NCBI GenBank assembly: GCA_011109175.1
Contig: RDEW01000003.1
Coordinates: 558,001-622,000, forward strand
DNA from: Dicyema japonicum
Lineage: Eukaryota > Animalia > Dicyemida
Length of the DNA: 64,000 nucleotides
Direction: 5' to 3'
Shown here one piece after another: positions 12,157 through 24,064 of the stretch (position 1 is the first letter of the stretch; each line of letters starts with the position of its first letter). The position numbers and the translations under genes are program-made. Under the pieces are notes generated by a model that was given only the letters and a program-made list of their open reading frames with translations, did no database searches and was not told where the DNA came from.

Positions 12157-12329
12157 TGGGGCGGCACATCTGCTAAACAATAAAACAGATGTCCAAAGGT
12201 GAGCTCAGACGGAACAAAAATCTGCCATGGCGCGAATTGGACGCCTTATTTGCATGTTCTGTACGTAAGCGTGGCCTATCGATCTCTGCTTTTAAAAACT
12301 TTAGCTAAAAGTGAGAGAAAAGTTGCCAA
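12157..12329 (+). rRNA. Decayed 28S (LSU) rDNA fragment, non-functional
   Basis: TGGGGCGGCACATCTG...AAAGGTGAGCTCAG...AGCGTGGCCTATCGATC...GAGAAAAGTTGCCA follows the order and spacing of conserved eukaryotic LSU 3'-domain motifs. The fragment is truncated and abuts RT debris. Confidence 0.7.
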
Positions 12330-12666
12330 ATGAACTAGGAAGATTTATGGCTCTATCATTCCAACAATCTGAAATTTGGTTCTCTATTTCCTCAACGAAC
12401 TAAAGAGTTAAAACGAGAAGTTTTATCCAGTCAGCTGTGTAAAAAAGTAATCTCAAGACCATGATAAATTGAGACAAAATACAGGATGAAGGTTTATGAG
12501 TAAGAGCACTCCTCTGCTAATTCTCAAGTTGTGCAAGTGGCAAGCCAGTGAGTACATCTCACTCGAATCTAACAGATTTTTTCAGACTCTGATGTAGAGA
12601 TGGGGAATGAGAGGGAGTTGATAGTACATTGTTCATGTAAGAGAAGTAGGATTACATGGGTCTGAA

Positions 12667-14833
12667 TTAGAAATATTAAAAGGATTAAGAGCAAATTCTA
12701 TCTTGTCGAATTCGATTTAGAGAATATTTTTCAATTTCATAATTTTGTGAACGAAAATCGATATTTGACCTGTTTGAATATTTCATCAAAAAGAAATGAA
12801 ATTATTTTTTTAATTATTTGTAATTCTTGTTGAATAATTTGATAGCGAGACTGTATTTGACGCATTAAAATTTATAATAATTTTTTGACCAACGATCAAT
12901 ACTTAATCAAATTTCTTTAGCACATACAGATTTAGAAATATTAAGAGGATTAAGAGCAAATTCTATCCTGTCGAATTCGATTTAGAGAATAATTTTCAAT
13001 TTCATAATTTTGTGAACGAAAATCGATATTTGACCTGTTTGAACATTTCATCAAAATAGAAGTCAAATTATTATTATCTATTATTTGTATTTCTTGTTGA
13101 ATAATTTGATAGGGAGACTGTATATGACGAAGTAATTTTTATGATAATTTTTTGACCAATGATCAATACTTAATCAAATTTCCTCAACACAGACAGACTT
13201 AGCAATAGTAAGAGGATTAACAGCAATTCTATCTTTTCGAATTTGATTTAATGAATATTTTTCAATTCATAATTTTGTGAACGAAAATCGATATTTGACC
13301 TGTATGAACATTTCATCAAATAGAAATCAAATTATTATTATTTTTAATTATTTGTATTTCTTGTTGAATAATTTGATAGGAAGACTGTATTATGACGCAT
13401 TAAATTTTATAATAATTTTTTGACCAACGATCAATACTTAATCAAATTTCCTCAACACAGAGAGACTTAGCAATAGTAAGAGGATTAGCAATTCTATCTT
13501 TTCGAATTTGATTTAATGAATATTTTTCAATTTCATAATTTTGTAAACGAAAATCGATATTTGACCTGTATGGACATTTCATCAAATAAGAAGTCAAATT
13601 ATTATTCTTTATTATTTGTATTTCTTGTTAATAATTTGATAGGAAGACTGTATTTGACGCATTAAATTTATAATATAATTTTTTGACCAAACGATCAATA
13701 CTTAATCAAAATTTCTCTAACACATACAGATTAGAATATTAAGAGGATTAAGAGCAATTCTATCTTGTCGAATTCGATTTAGAGAATAATTTTTCAATTT
13801 CATAATTTTGTGAACGAAAATCGATATTTGACCTGTTTGAACATTTCATCAAATAGAAGTCAAATTATTATTATTCTATTATTTGTATTTCTTGTTGAAT
13901 AATTTGATAGGGAGACTGTATATGATGAAGTAATATTTATGATAATTTTTTAACCAATGATCAATACTTAATCAAATTTCCTCTAACACAGACAGACTTA
14001 GCAATATAAGAGGATTAACAGCAATTCTATCTTCGAATTTGATTTAATGAATATTTTCAAATTCATAATTTTGTGAACGAAAATCGATATTTGACCTGTT
14101 TGAACATTTCATCAAAAAAATGATCAAATTATTATTATTCTTTATTATTTGTATTCTTGTTAAATAATTTGATAGCAAGACTGTATTGACGAAGTAATTT
14201 TATAATGATAATTTTTTGACCAATGATGAATACTTATTCAAATTTCCTAAACACAGACAGACTTAGCAATAGTAAGAGGATTAACAGCAATTCTATCTTT
14301 TCGAATTCGATTTAACAATATTTTTCAATTTCATAATTTTGTGAACGAAAATCGATATTTGACCTGTATGAACATTTCATCAAATAGAAGTGAATATTAT
14401 TATTATTCTTTATTATTTGTAATTATTGTTAAATAATTTGATAGGAAGACTGTATTTGACGCATTAAAATTTATAATAATTTTTTGACCAATGATCAATA
14501 CTTATTCAAATTTCCTAAACACAGACAGACTTAGAAATAGTAAGAGGATTAAGAGCAATTCTATCCTGTCGAATTCGATTTAGAGAATAATTTTCAATTT
14601 CATAATTTTGTGAACGAAAATCGATATTTGACCTGTTTGAACATTTCATCAAAAAGAAATGATATTATTATTATTCTTTATTATTTGTAATTCTTGTTGA
14701 ATAATTTGATAGCAAGACTGTATTTGACGCATTAAATTTTATAATAACTTTTTTGACCAACGATCAATACTTAATCAAATTTTTTCAACACATACAGACC
14801 TAGCAATAAGAGGATTAACAGAAAATTCTATCG
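12667..14833. repeat. Tandem satellite, ~266-bp unit, 8 full copies plus a partial ninth
   Basis: The anchor GTGAACGAAAATCGATATTTGACC (GTAAACG... in copy 4) recurs at 12747, 13012, 13277, 13543, 13810, 14073, 14341 and 14610, with spacing 263-269 bp. Confidence 0.97.
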
Positions 14834-15599
14834 AAGTTATAAAAAAATTTTCGAGTTATGCTCAACATATGGTATAAAACACGTCAGGGGACGTCCTAGG
14901 TGTCCTTGGGTGCAGGGAAAAGTCGAGTGATTTCTTCAAAGAATTTGAATTTCAAGTGGATAGACATAATTGAATAAATTACAAGTTCATATAATTCTGT
15001 CCACTTTTCATCAACTTTCACTCTCCTTTTAAAATGATTCCAATAAAACCATAAATAATCATTACTCAGAAAAGGAAATGAATGAAATTTTCAAGCGAAT
15101 TGATTCATGGAATGAAGAAACACAAACTGAACCAACTGAATATCTTGCATGGTTTTGGTCATCAAATGAAACTTTAAAAACAAAAACAATTTTAAATTCA
15201 AACAATGCTGAAAGAAATATGTTAACAAAAAATGTGGAAGAATTATATTTATATTTTTAACATCGGTGATCGAGTGTTAGAATGGTCTATCCTGATAATA
15301 GTAATAATAAAAAACACGAATAAGTGGTTTAAACGAATACATTGATACATTCATAAATCATGTTAAAGGAGTATCTGCTACAGGAATGATTGATCTAAAA
15401 TAAAATAGCAGAGATTTACCGGGAAAACGCTCTGGGATGCTCTCAGTACTGAAGAAGACATGATCCTAACACCTGTTAAAGACATTGTAGAAAAAAGGAT
15501 CGATGGGATCCAACGATAAAAGGTAACTAAATGGAGTGTGGATGCATCAGAAGTGTCCAGGCCGCATAGGCAAACACGTTTAAATATCCTTAAAATAAC

Positions 15600-17190
15600 T
15601 CCTTATTTATTGTGGAATAAATTGGTTTTGGTTATGGTTTGGATGAGAATTGAGCGAATTTGGATTTGGATTGGAAGTTGGCCTGGTCATATTTAAAGAC
15701 GAAGGAACCTATTGCACTGCAAGGGATTCTCCTCAAGGCGAAGAAACGTATTACAATTCAAATAAACCTATTCTACAAAAACGAAGGAACTTTTTGGGGG
15801 ACGCAGAAGCCAAATGGTCAAAATCTCCAGATATTCTCCAAGTTGGACTTAGTACCCACACCAATTGATTCGTATCCGGGTCTACACGAGACTTTGTTAC
15901 CCAGGGCATTGATCCCTACAGGACCTGGGACTACTGTGGATGTCATACTGGAGTTGGTACTTACAAGGGGGTTACCCACACCAATTGTTCCCTAAATTCG
16001 AATAAGGGGGATCTACATGGGACTTTTGTTAACCACATCATCGGTCCCTGCAGGACGGTTTGGGACCACCGTGGAATAACATACTGGGGAAAAGACCTAC
16101 AAAGGGAGAACTAACTGTAGATGGGCGTACTGGCTTTGTACCTACAACATTCTGGAGATAACTTAGTAATTGGATGGATATCAAGGAGAAGGGGTACCCG
16201 GAGGAACAGTCCAGGCCAACCGGCGGACTGGTAGTTACCTATTCCATAACTTGTTGTTTTAATTCATTTTCATTTTCAGGATTGAGAGCTGGAAAATCCT
16301 GTATGGATTGCATCTACAAGATGCACTCAACGGTATTGAGAAGTCTGGAATTCAAGAGACAAGTCAACCTAGTATGTCTTGATCTGTCTAAAGCTTTTGA
16401 TTGCGTGTGGCATGAAGCCCTACTATCAAGGCTAGCAGCTGCGAATATCCATAAGAAACACTTCATATGGATAAAGAACTTTTTAACGGAACGAACTTCC
16501 CGAATACGTGTCGGACCATATATGTCAAAAGATTTTGCATTGAAGAGGGGAGTTCCACATCTATCTTGAGCCCGCTGTTATTCAATATATTTTTGTCAGA
16601 CTTCCAAGTTCCACAGATATGAACACCAAGATGTTGATATATGCGGATGACATTCTAATCATGGATACTTCTGGAAAATCCAATTTATCGGAAAATAGAC
16701 TCAGGCTATTCGTTGATCAAGTTCAGGACTGGTGCTCCAAGAGAGAGATGACACTCTCTACCGAGAAATCGAGCCATATGAGAGTCAGTCGCCTACGGAG
16801 GCATCGTGTACAGCCTTATTCACTTGGCATCCCAAAAGTGAATTCACTTCGCTACCTCAGGATAGTCATCGATGGAGAAGGTTCCTTCATGGAAGATATC
16901 AGACGAAGAAGGAAGAAAGCGCTACAAGCGCTTTTCTGTACAAGGAAGCTATCCGTAAGCTTGGAGACCTTCCTATTTGTTTTCACGAGAGTTATTCTGC
17001 CGGAACTATTGTATGGATCTAAGTATGGTTTTTTTCACGCCATAGAGATAGAATTATACTTCTTAAAAAATGTCTCTCTATCGACAATAAATAGGACGCT
17101 AGAGACATTTGGATATATTTTTAAAAAGATTCAATATGTACCTATAACGAGAAATTCTACAATAAATATGGAAGAAATTTTATAGATGAA
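15600..17190 (+). mobile_element. Degenerate jockey/I-like LINE RT region
   Basis: ORFs 16174-16569 (CLDLSKAFDCVWHEALL...RGVP) and 16619-17185 (IYADDILI...LRYLRIVID) contain RT motifs. Confidence 0.8.
15854..16110. repeat. Degenerate GC-rich 120-bp tandem duplication
   Basis: ACCCACACCAATTG starts at 15854 and 15974. The downstream blocks (TCTACA, GACTTT, TCCCT.CAGGAC, TGGGAC, CATACTGG, TACAA) are colinear in both copies. Confidence 0.75.
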
Positions 17191-17269
17191 ATGGGAGTCA
17201 ATTGTTACAGATCCAAATTTGGAAGATCTATAAAAGGAGTTACTCCGAAAAATATATGTATGACAAAAC

Positions 17270-17810
17270 AAGTAACCTTAATAACCTTAATTAAAGGAAG
17301 TAACCTTAATTGAAGTGGGTATTACCTCACAAGACCGAGTGAAGCAAATTGAAGTTAAGAAATTTCACAAAGATGACATGCTTGCAAATGAACTTTTTCT
17401 CTCGATGAATGCCAAGTGAAGATTATTCCAGTGGTTTTAACATGGAATGAAGTTGTCTCAAGATACTTAAAAAATATATGGATAAATTATCTATTGAAGA
17501 ATCAACGAGGACTTACATCCAATTGGTTGTGCTGAAGAGAACGCTCGAAGGTATGCTCATTGAACATAAGCATGGAATGAAGGTATACGATGAAGAGTAC
17601 GCCTCTGCTACCTCCCACTTGTGGACCTAGCATGCCGTGAAGACAGCCCACTAGACTCTAACGGAGATATTTCGACTGAATCTGATGTGGAGATGGGGAG
17701 TAACAGGGAGTTTATGGCACACTCTTCTTCTAAAAAAAGAACAGGAATTACCAACAATCTGATCAAAATCCGCTTAATTAGTTAATTTACTCGTTATAAA
17801 TAAATATAAA
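17270..17810 (+). mobile_element. 3' fragment of R2-like RLE retrotransposon (family A)
   Basis: It reads LIEVGITSQDRVKQIEVKK...LANEL, and its 3' ~450 nt closely match 21250-21650. Confidence 0.85.
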
Positions 17811-18649
17811 ATTTGATATGTGACAATACATCAATTCACAAGAGCGAGCAACTAAAAAATGTTGTATTCGGAACTGGTATCCAATTAATTTTTGTGACCA
17901 GTTCAGAATGAGATACGGTTGAATACAATATTCAATGTACCGATTTTGTAGCTGAGTAAAATAGACAACCTTCATAACAAAAAACTAATTAATTAATTGA
18001 TTTATTTTTCATTAAAAAATTATTGATTTCTAACGGCTTTAACGCCACGTATAACGTCTACAACGGCTCGTTTAACGGCTCATATTCAACCGGTCACAAT
18101 TACTATTTATTTTCTGACTTTTTATTGCTGTAATTTTTATAACCCAAAATCACCTAATTAAAGAAATTAATTAGGCGATTCCGACAACTCTGAAAAAGCT
18201 CCTCAACTATTCCCGATGTTGGACTTTTGATCCAGCACAACTACGGATTGGTCGGGAGGCAGTGATTCCCATATATTCCTCCGGTGTGATGTATTTTCTA
18301 ATTCATAAAAAATGCTATAAAATAATAAATGCTATTAATATAATAAATGATAATGTTTTTTTAAATATATATTAAAAAAATCAATTAATTAACATCATAA
18401 AACGTGTTTTGGTTGACTGTCATACAAAAGAATACTAAATAAATGTATAACAAATCGAAGATATATGTTCTACGATTTAAATATGAATTTGTAATTCGAA
18501 TGATCTACTGTTTTGTTCCCTATGCAATAAAATAGTCGATTCAAAAAAATTTACAGTCGATATCCATCAGCTTCTATTCAATCATCACAAAGCTGAGTAT
18601 TGTTTATATTTTTGAATATTTAGATTCAAAATCTTCTATTTAATCAAAA

Positions 18650-19130
18650 TTAATGGAAACTTCAGAAATTGATGACTCCTTTAAGCTATCTCTCGCAAAG
18701 ATGTTTATATAAGCAGACAACTCACTCATAAAATTAAATCTGGATTGTGTTAGGACGTTTTTTAAAAACTTAAATATTGATCAACCATCTGAGTATGCAT
18801 GACGGATGAGCATGCAAACTTTAGCCTCCAAAAAGATTGAACATTTAGTCAGATATTCAGAGTACTAAAATTCCTTGATTATAGAAACGAACGAGTTTTT
18901 GGACGACAATTTTATTTCATCAATCAAAAGTTCTACACAAAGACCTAGAAGATATCTTTTCAAAGTTATCGGATGTCCCCCAGATGTTGTTACCCATGGT
19001 TATCTAAAACCTGGATAATTTTTAGATTGGGTAGTTGGTTCAATGCCGCAAACACCATTTCGAAAATGATGACGCAGTATATGATATATAACATCTACAC
19101 GGTACTATTAAAGGAACAGTAATTTTGAAC
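18650..19130 (+). mobile_element. Possible decayed CGGBP1-like hAT transposase fragment
   Basis: The interrupted frame KLSLAKMFI*ADNSLIKLNLDCVRTFFK resembles the post-BED region of these transposases. Support is weak. Confidence 0.35.
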
Positions 19131-19499
19131 TATGCAGGATTGGCAATGTTGCTCAGAGTCGTAGCTGAAAAAATACAATACATAAAGCAATAAAAACATG
19201 AAAGATTTGGATTTTGTGGAAGATCCAGCGAAAGAAAGACATATTTTAAGTTGAGACAACAAAATAATAAATTACTGGCAGAATTGAATAAGAAATTCCA
19301 AATATAACAGGAAGTGACTATCATCATGATTTATGCGGATGCCCTGTAACTACATGTGCAGCGGAGAGGGCATAAAAAGTTAAATGTTTCGATGAGAAAA
19401 ACAGAAAATATATTTTACTATATTTTAAATATAAAATGCTATAAAAAATCCACACTAATTACGAGTTACAGTCTACTTAAAATCAAAGAGTGGATGCGA

Positions 19500-21650
19500 T
19501 GGGTCAAATAATTTCTTTATTAAGAAAATGGAATCTTTACATGGCTTTTTATGTACTGAGATTAACCGAATTATTAATGGGGAATATATGCCTGAAGGTT
19601 GGTTTTATACTGGAATAACCTATTTAATTCATAAAAAAGATGATTGTGAGACTCCTAAAGACTTACGTCCTATAACATGTATGCCAACATTATATAAACT
19701 ATTACCAAATGTGTTAATTCCAAACTCTCAGATTTTGTGGATTCGTTTGGGCTATTATCTGACAATCAGCTGGGAACGAGGAAACGTTGTCAGGGCGCTA
19801 AGGAACAGGCCTTTATTAATCAATGATTAAATAAGGAGTATGGATACGCCCGCTTGGGTTGATGTAAGAAGGCCTTCAATTCTGTTGACCATGAATTTTT
19901 ATTTCATCTATTTGACTGTTCAAGAATACTCCATTGGATTGTTAACTTTGTAAAGACCATAGTCAAGAAGTGGACTGTAGATCTCCACTTAGATGAAAGA
20001 AGAATTGGTTCTGTATAGCTGGGACGTGTAATTCTGCGAGGAAATTGATTGTCCCTTAACGATTTGGTATGGTAGTGGAACTCTCGAACAGGATCCTTAA
20101 TTCTATGTTCCCAAGACTCCAAATTAATCAGAAGGATTCTATTACTATGGTTTATCCTACAAATCATTTGTTGTTCATTGATGACCTAAATCTATTTGGG
20201 CGAAAAAAAGATACTGTCACTAAAATGATGATAGTTGTTCGCAATTTCTTTCATGTTGCCGGCTTGGAGATGAATTCGGAAAAGTCAGTCTCTACTGTAA
20301 ATCGTTATCATGTTGTGAGACTCTGGAAGGAGTCAGTGGATATCGATATTTGGGTGTTTTTGAAAACGAAGGGAAGTAATGTTCTTAAAAACAAAGTTAT
20401 GGAGTCCATACTTGAAAATGCTAAGAAAAAAATAACCATGCTTTCAAAAACAAAGTTAAATTCTGTAAACTTTTTTCGTGAATTGATGATTTTGACCAAC
20501 AAATACGGCAATTGCTTACTTCACTCGAGTTGCACCTCAAACCTGCAAATAAAGAGAGGCTGTATTTGGACAAAAAGACTTTTGGAAGAGGACTTTCCTC
20601 GATTTCGTTTAAGAGCGAATTAATACTTTTCCAGTTCCTTAAAAGTTTGGAAAAACAGTCGACTGTGTGTTTGCGAAGGTCGGGAATTCTAGAGTAATAA
20701 AAATAAAAAATGGCATTTGGCTACAATCGCAGGATTTCTTGCCTCTAAATATGCAATTGACGACAGGGAAAGCATGGATATTAAGTCCAACAAGGACACT
20801 CAGAGGAAATATTTATTAAATAAAATTATTGCAGAACACTACACTCAATTTTGTTCAAATGTATGATGAACCAAATGTCGACCTATATACTTCCTCGGAA
20901 TAATTATCCAAGGGAAATAACGGCCCACGGAGCGAACATTGTACTGTCTTTTGCAAGATAGGAATTTGTTTTTTGCACACACGGGGTCATTATGCAACCA
21001 TTGTAAAAAAGCAAGAAAACTGTTGATCATTTGGCCATTCAGTGTGGTAAAATGCTAAATAGTGATTATCTCCGAAGACATAATGAAGTGGTAAAGTGCA
21101 TCCATCTTCATCTTTGTCAAATTTATGGAATCAAAAAAAGCAGGAAATTAAAAGGACATTCGGCTCAGTCAATATTGACGAATCAAAATGTCGAAATTAG
21201 AGTTGATACGTCGATTATGACAGAAACAAAAGTACAATACAATAAACCTGATATTTTTGAAAATTATTCCAGTGGTTTTGACATAGGATGGAGTTGTCTC
21301 AAGATGCTTCAAGAATGATATGGATAAATTATCTATTGAAAAATCAACGAGGAGTTACATCCAATCGGTTGTGCTGAAGAGAACTCTCGAAATTATGCTC
21401 ATTGAACATAAGCATGGGATGAAGGTATACGATGAAGAGTACGTCTCTTCTACCTCCCAACTTGTGGAACTGACATGCCGTGAGGACAGCCCACTGGACT
21501 CTAACGGAAATATTTCGACTGAATCTGATGTGGAGATGGGGAGTAACAGGATGTTTTTGGCACACTCTTCTTCTAAGAAAAGAAGAGGAATTACCAACAA
21601 TCTTGATCAAAATCCGCTTAATTAGTTAATTTACTCGTTATAACAAATAA
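19500..21650 (+). mobile_element. Degenerate R2-like non-LTR retrotransposon (RT + zinc knuckle + RLE), family A
   Basis: GITYLIHK...LRPITCMPTLYK, HLLFIDDL, ANKERLYL...GRGL, C..C...HLAIQCG...YLRRHNEVVKCIH, YNKPDI. Confidence 0.88.
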
Positions 21651-24064
21651 TAAATATTTTTTAATAACAAAAATTTTTTAACAATTAAACAAATGTCAGT
21701 TGAGGAAGCCTGCTGCGTGGATTGCGAACGAGTTCCCTCGGAGTATGGCTATTCCGATCTTTTGTCTTAGCCATAACCCTTCTCCTTGATCCCTTTTTTT
21801 CTGGCAAGCAATCCTCCGAGTTTTTGCAATAATAAATATTAAAAAATATATATTTTTAAAATGGAATTATTATTACAGTAAAATCTCCCAAATTTGCCAT
21901 TTTTGGTTCCAGCATTTTTTGCGGCTAATTTCAGAATTTAATCAATAATTTTATATAGTTATTGGGTAACTTCTCATTGATGTAAAAAAACTAAATTTGA
22001 TTTATTACAAAAAAATTATTTTAAAAAATTAAGTATTAAATTTTATCGAAAAAATTCTATTCCCATTTGCTTCTTTTTTATATTTCTGTTATTTTCATTA
22101 AATCTTCTATGGATGTAATAAGGGACGACGTCCTCTTCGTTTTCAACGTTCTCAAGAAGATCCTTTTCAATTTCGCTTAACTTGGATGCTATTTCATTCT
22201 TTTTTAGGAATTTCAATCCACTAGTTTCTTCATGGATGATAATTTCATTATCATCAATTAATGATGTTATTTCGGTTCCCATTTATAATGGCCTCTTTCA
22301 AAATGGCCTCCATTCAAAATGGCCTCCAATAAATTTTTTCAGGTTTATGATGAGTTCATCAATAAACATCACGAAATATTTTTCCAAGGTCCTCGACATC
22401 TTTAGGTAAAAAAGTCATCTTTTTTAAATCTTATAAAAATTGATTTTAAACGGTCCTATGGGTAAGTGGAACATTTTACCAAGGTCCTCGACATCTTTAG
22501 GTAAAAAAGTCATTTTTTTAAATATTTTTATATAACTTTAAAATGAAAGATTTATTTTCAAAAGAAAAAAGGAAAATGATTATAAATGTTAATAGAATAC
22601 ATATTCTACTAAATTGAATATATATTCTGTCGGATCCATGTTAAGTAATATTTGTTCTTGAACAAATCTCAATATATTTTCAGATAAAGCGATATATTTA
22701 GTTTTTCTAAGAATTCTTTCTCCATTTTGTAATTTAAAAAATTTTATCATTATGTTTTCTTCTTTTATCAATTTCTTTACAAAATTTCTTGGCGTCTTGT
22801 TTAGTGTCCAAATGTACTTCTAAGAACGTCGTACCAGCCTTCAATTGAGATATTTGTCCGAGGTCAGTCCTCATATAAATTATCCAGATTATTCCAATAA
22901 TTAATTGGAAATCTTGGAATTAATGCATTTTCTTGATTTCCGATATAATTGATCTAAAAATATTGATTAAAAGTGTTCTTTACAGTATGTGTAGGAATAA
23001 AGGAGAGGTATTTCAACAGTTTTAGAAATCTATCGTTAATTTTAAATCATATTTAACCTATTTATATCTTCATTATTTCTGTCGTTAAAAATTTTTAATT
23101 CCAATATTTTTTTATTAATATTTTGTCCTAGATGGAACATGCAGCAATTTATCCGGGCGTTTGGAAATGATTTTTGAAAAGAATTTATTGCTCCTTTTTC
23201 AAAATCTGAGACAATAACTCTTGGTTCTAAATGCGGAATGAGACGTTTAATTATTTGAAGCATTGTGTCATATTCATTTTCAGTTTTTGATGTTAAAAGA
23301 CAGAATATTATTGGAATTACATGGTGATTAATTATTACCGATATTGTGAATAATTGCTTCCAAGGAAAAAGGGCAGACAGAAAAAGTCCCATCAATAGAC
23401 CATATTTTATGATTTTTTAATGGTGTCGTCATTTCAGAATTAAAAAAATAACCATAGTTGTCTCAACATCTGAAAAGTTAATCATTAATATACCAATATT
23501 TTGGCGAAAACTGTGTCCAAACTGATAGAATCTATGCCCTCGTAAGGTATACATTAAATTCTCCTCAATAATAAGAACTGAATCATCACTTTCGTGTGGG
23601 ATACTTTTTCTTGTTTTATTAATCAGTTGTTCCAGAGAAGAATGAGTCCCTGTCAAAGCAATAGTTGTCAAATTTTGTCCAAGCAGAGAATTATTAATTA
23701 TCTGTCTAGGACCCATGTCACATAAGAGTGATTTCTGCTTTATGTCCTCCCGTATTAAGGCTCTCTTGACAAATTCACTCCTTAGAAGATGATTATGGTG
23801 CTTCAGACTCCAAACTTCATCACAGGATTGAATAGTTTTTACAGATCTAGGACAAGTACGATCTGAGCACCTCCAATATGTGCTTTGTCCCTTTTTGTAT
23901 TTTAAATGAAACAGATTTCCATCATGTTCTAAACTTCTATTTCCCTTTTGGTTAACGAGAAACGGTATGCAATAATAGTAAATCAATTATTATTATAAAG
24001 CACAACGTCTTGCTATTGGATATGACAAAACCAGTGCAGTACCAAACATTAATTTTTTAGTTAA

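Noticed and set aside
12667-14833. CRISPR-like or coding interpretation of the long repeat array
   Set aside because: The units are contiguous ~266-bp monomers with no unique spacers and no ORF, and the context is eukaryotic.
17270-21650. Direct repeats at 17.3-17.8 kb and 21.2-21.65 kb as LTRs of one element
   Set aside because: Both are 3' ends of the same non-LTR RLE family (nuclease C-terminus plus UTR). There are no TG...CA ends, PBS or gag/integrase between them.
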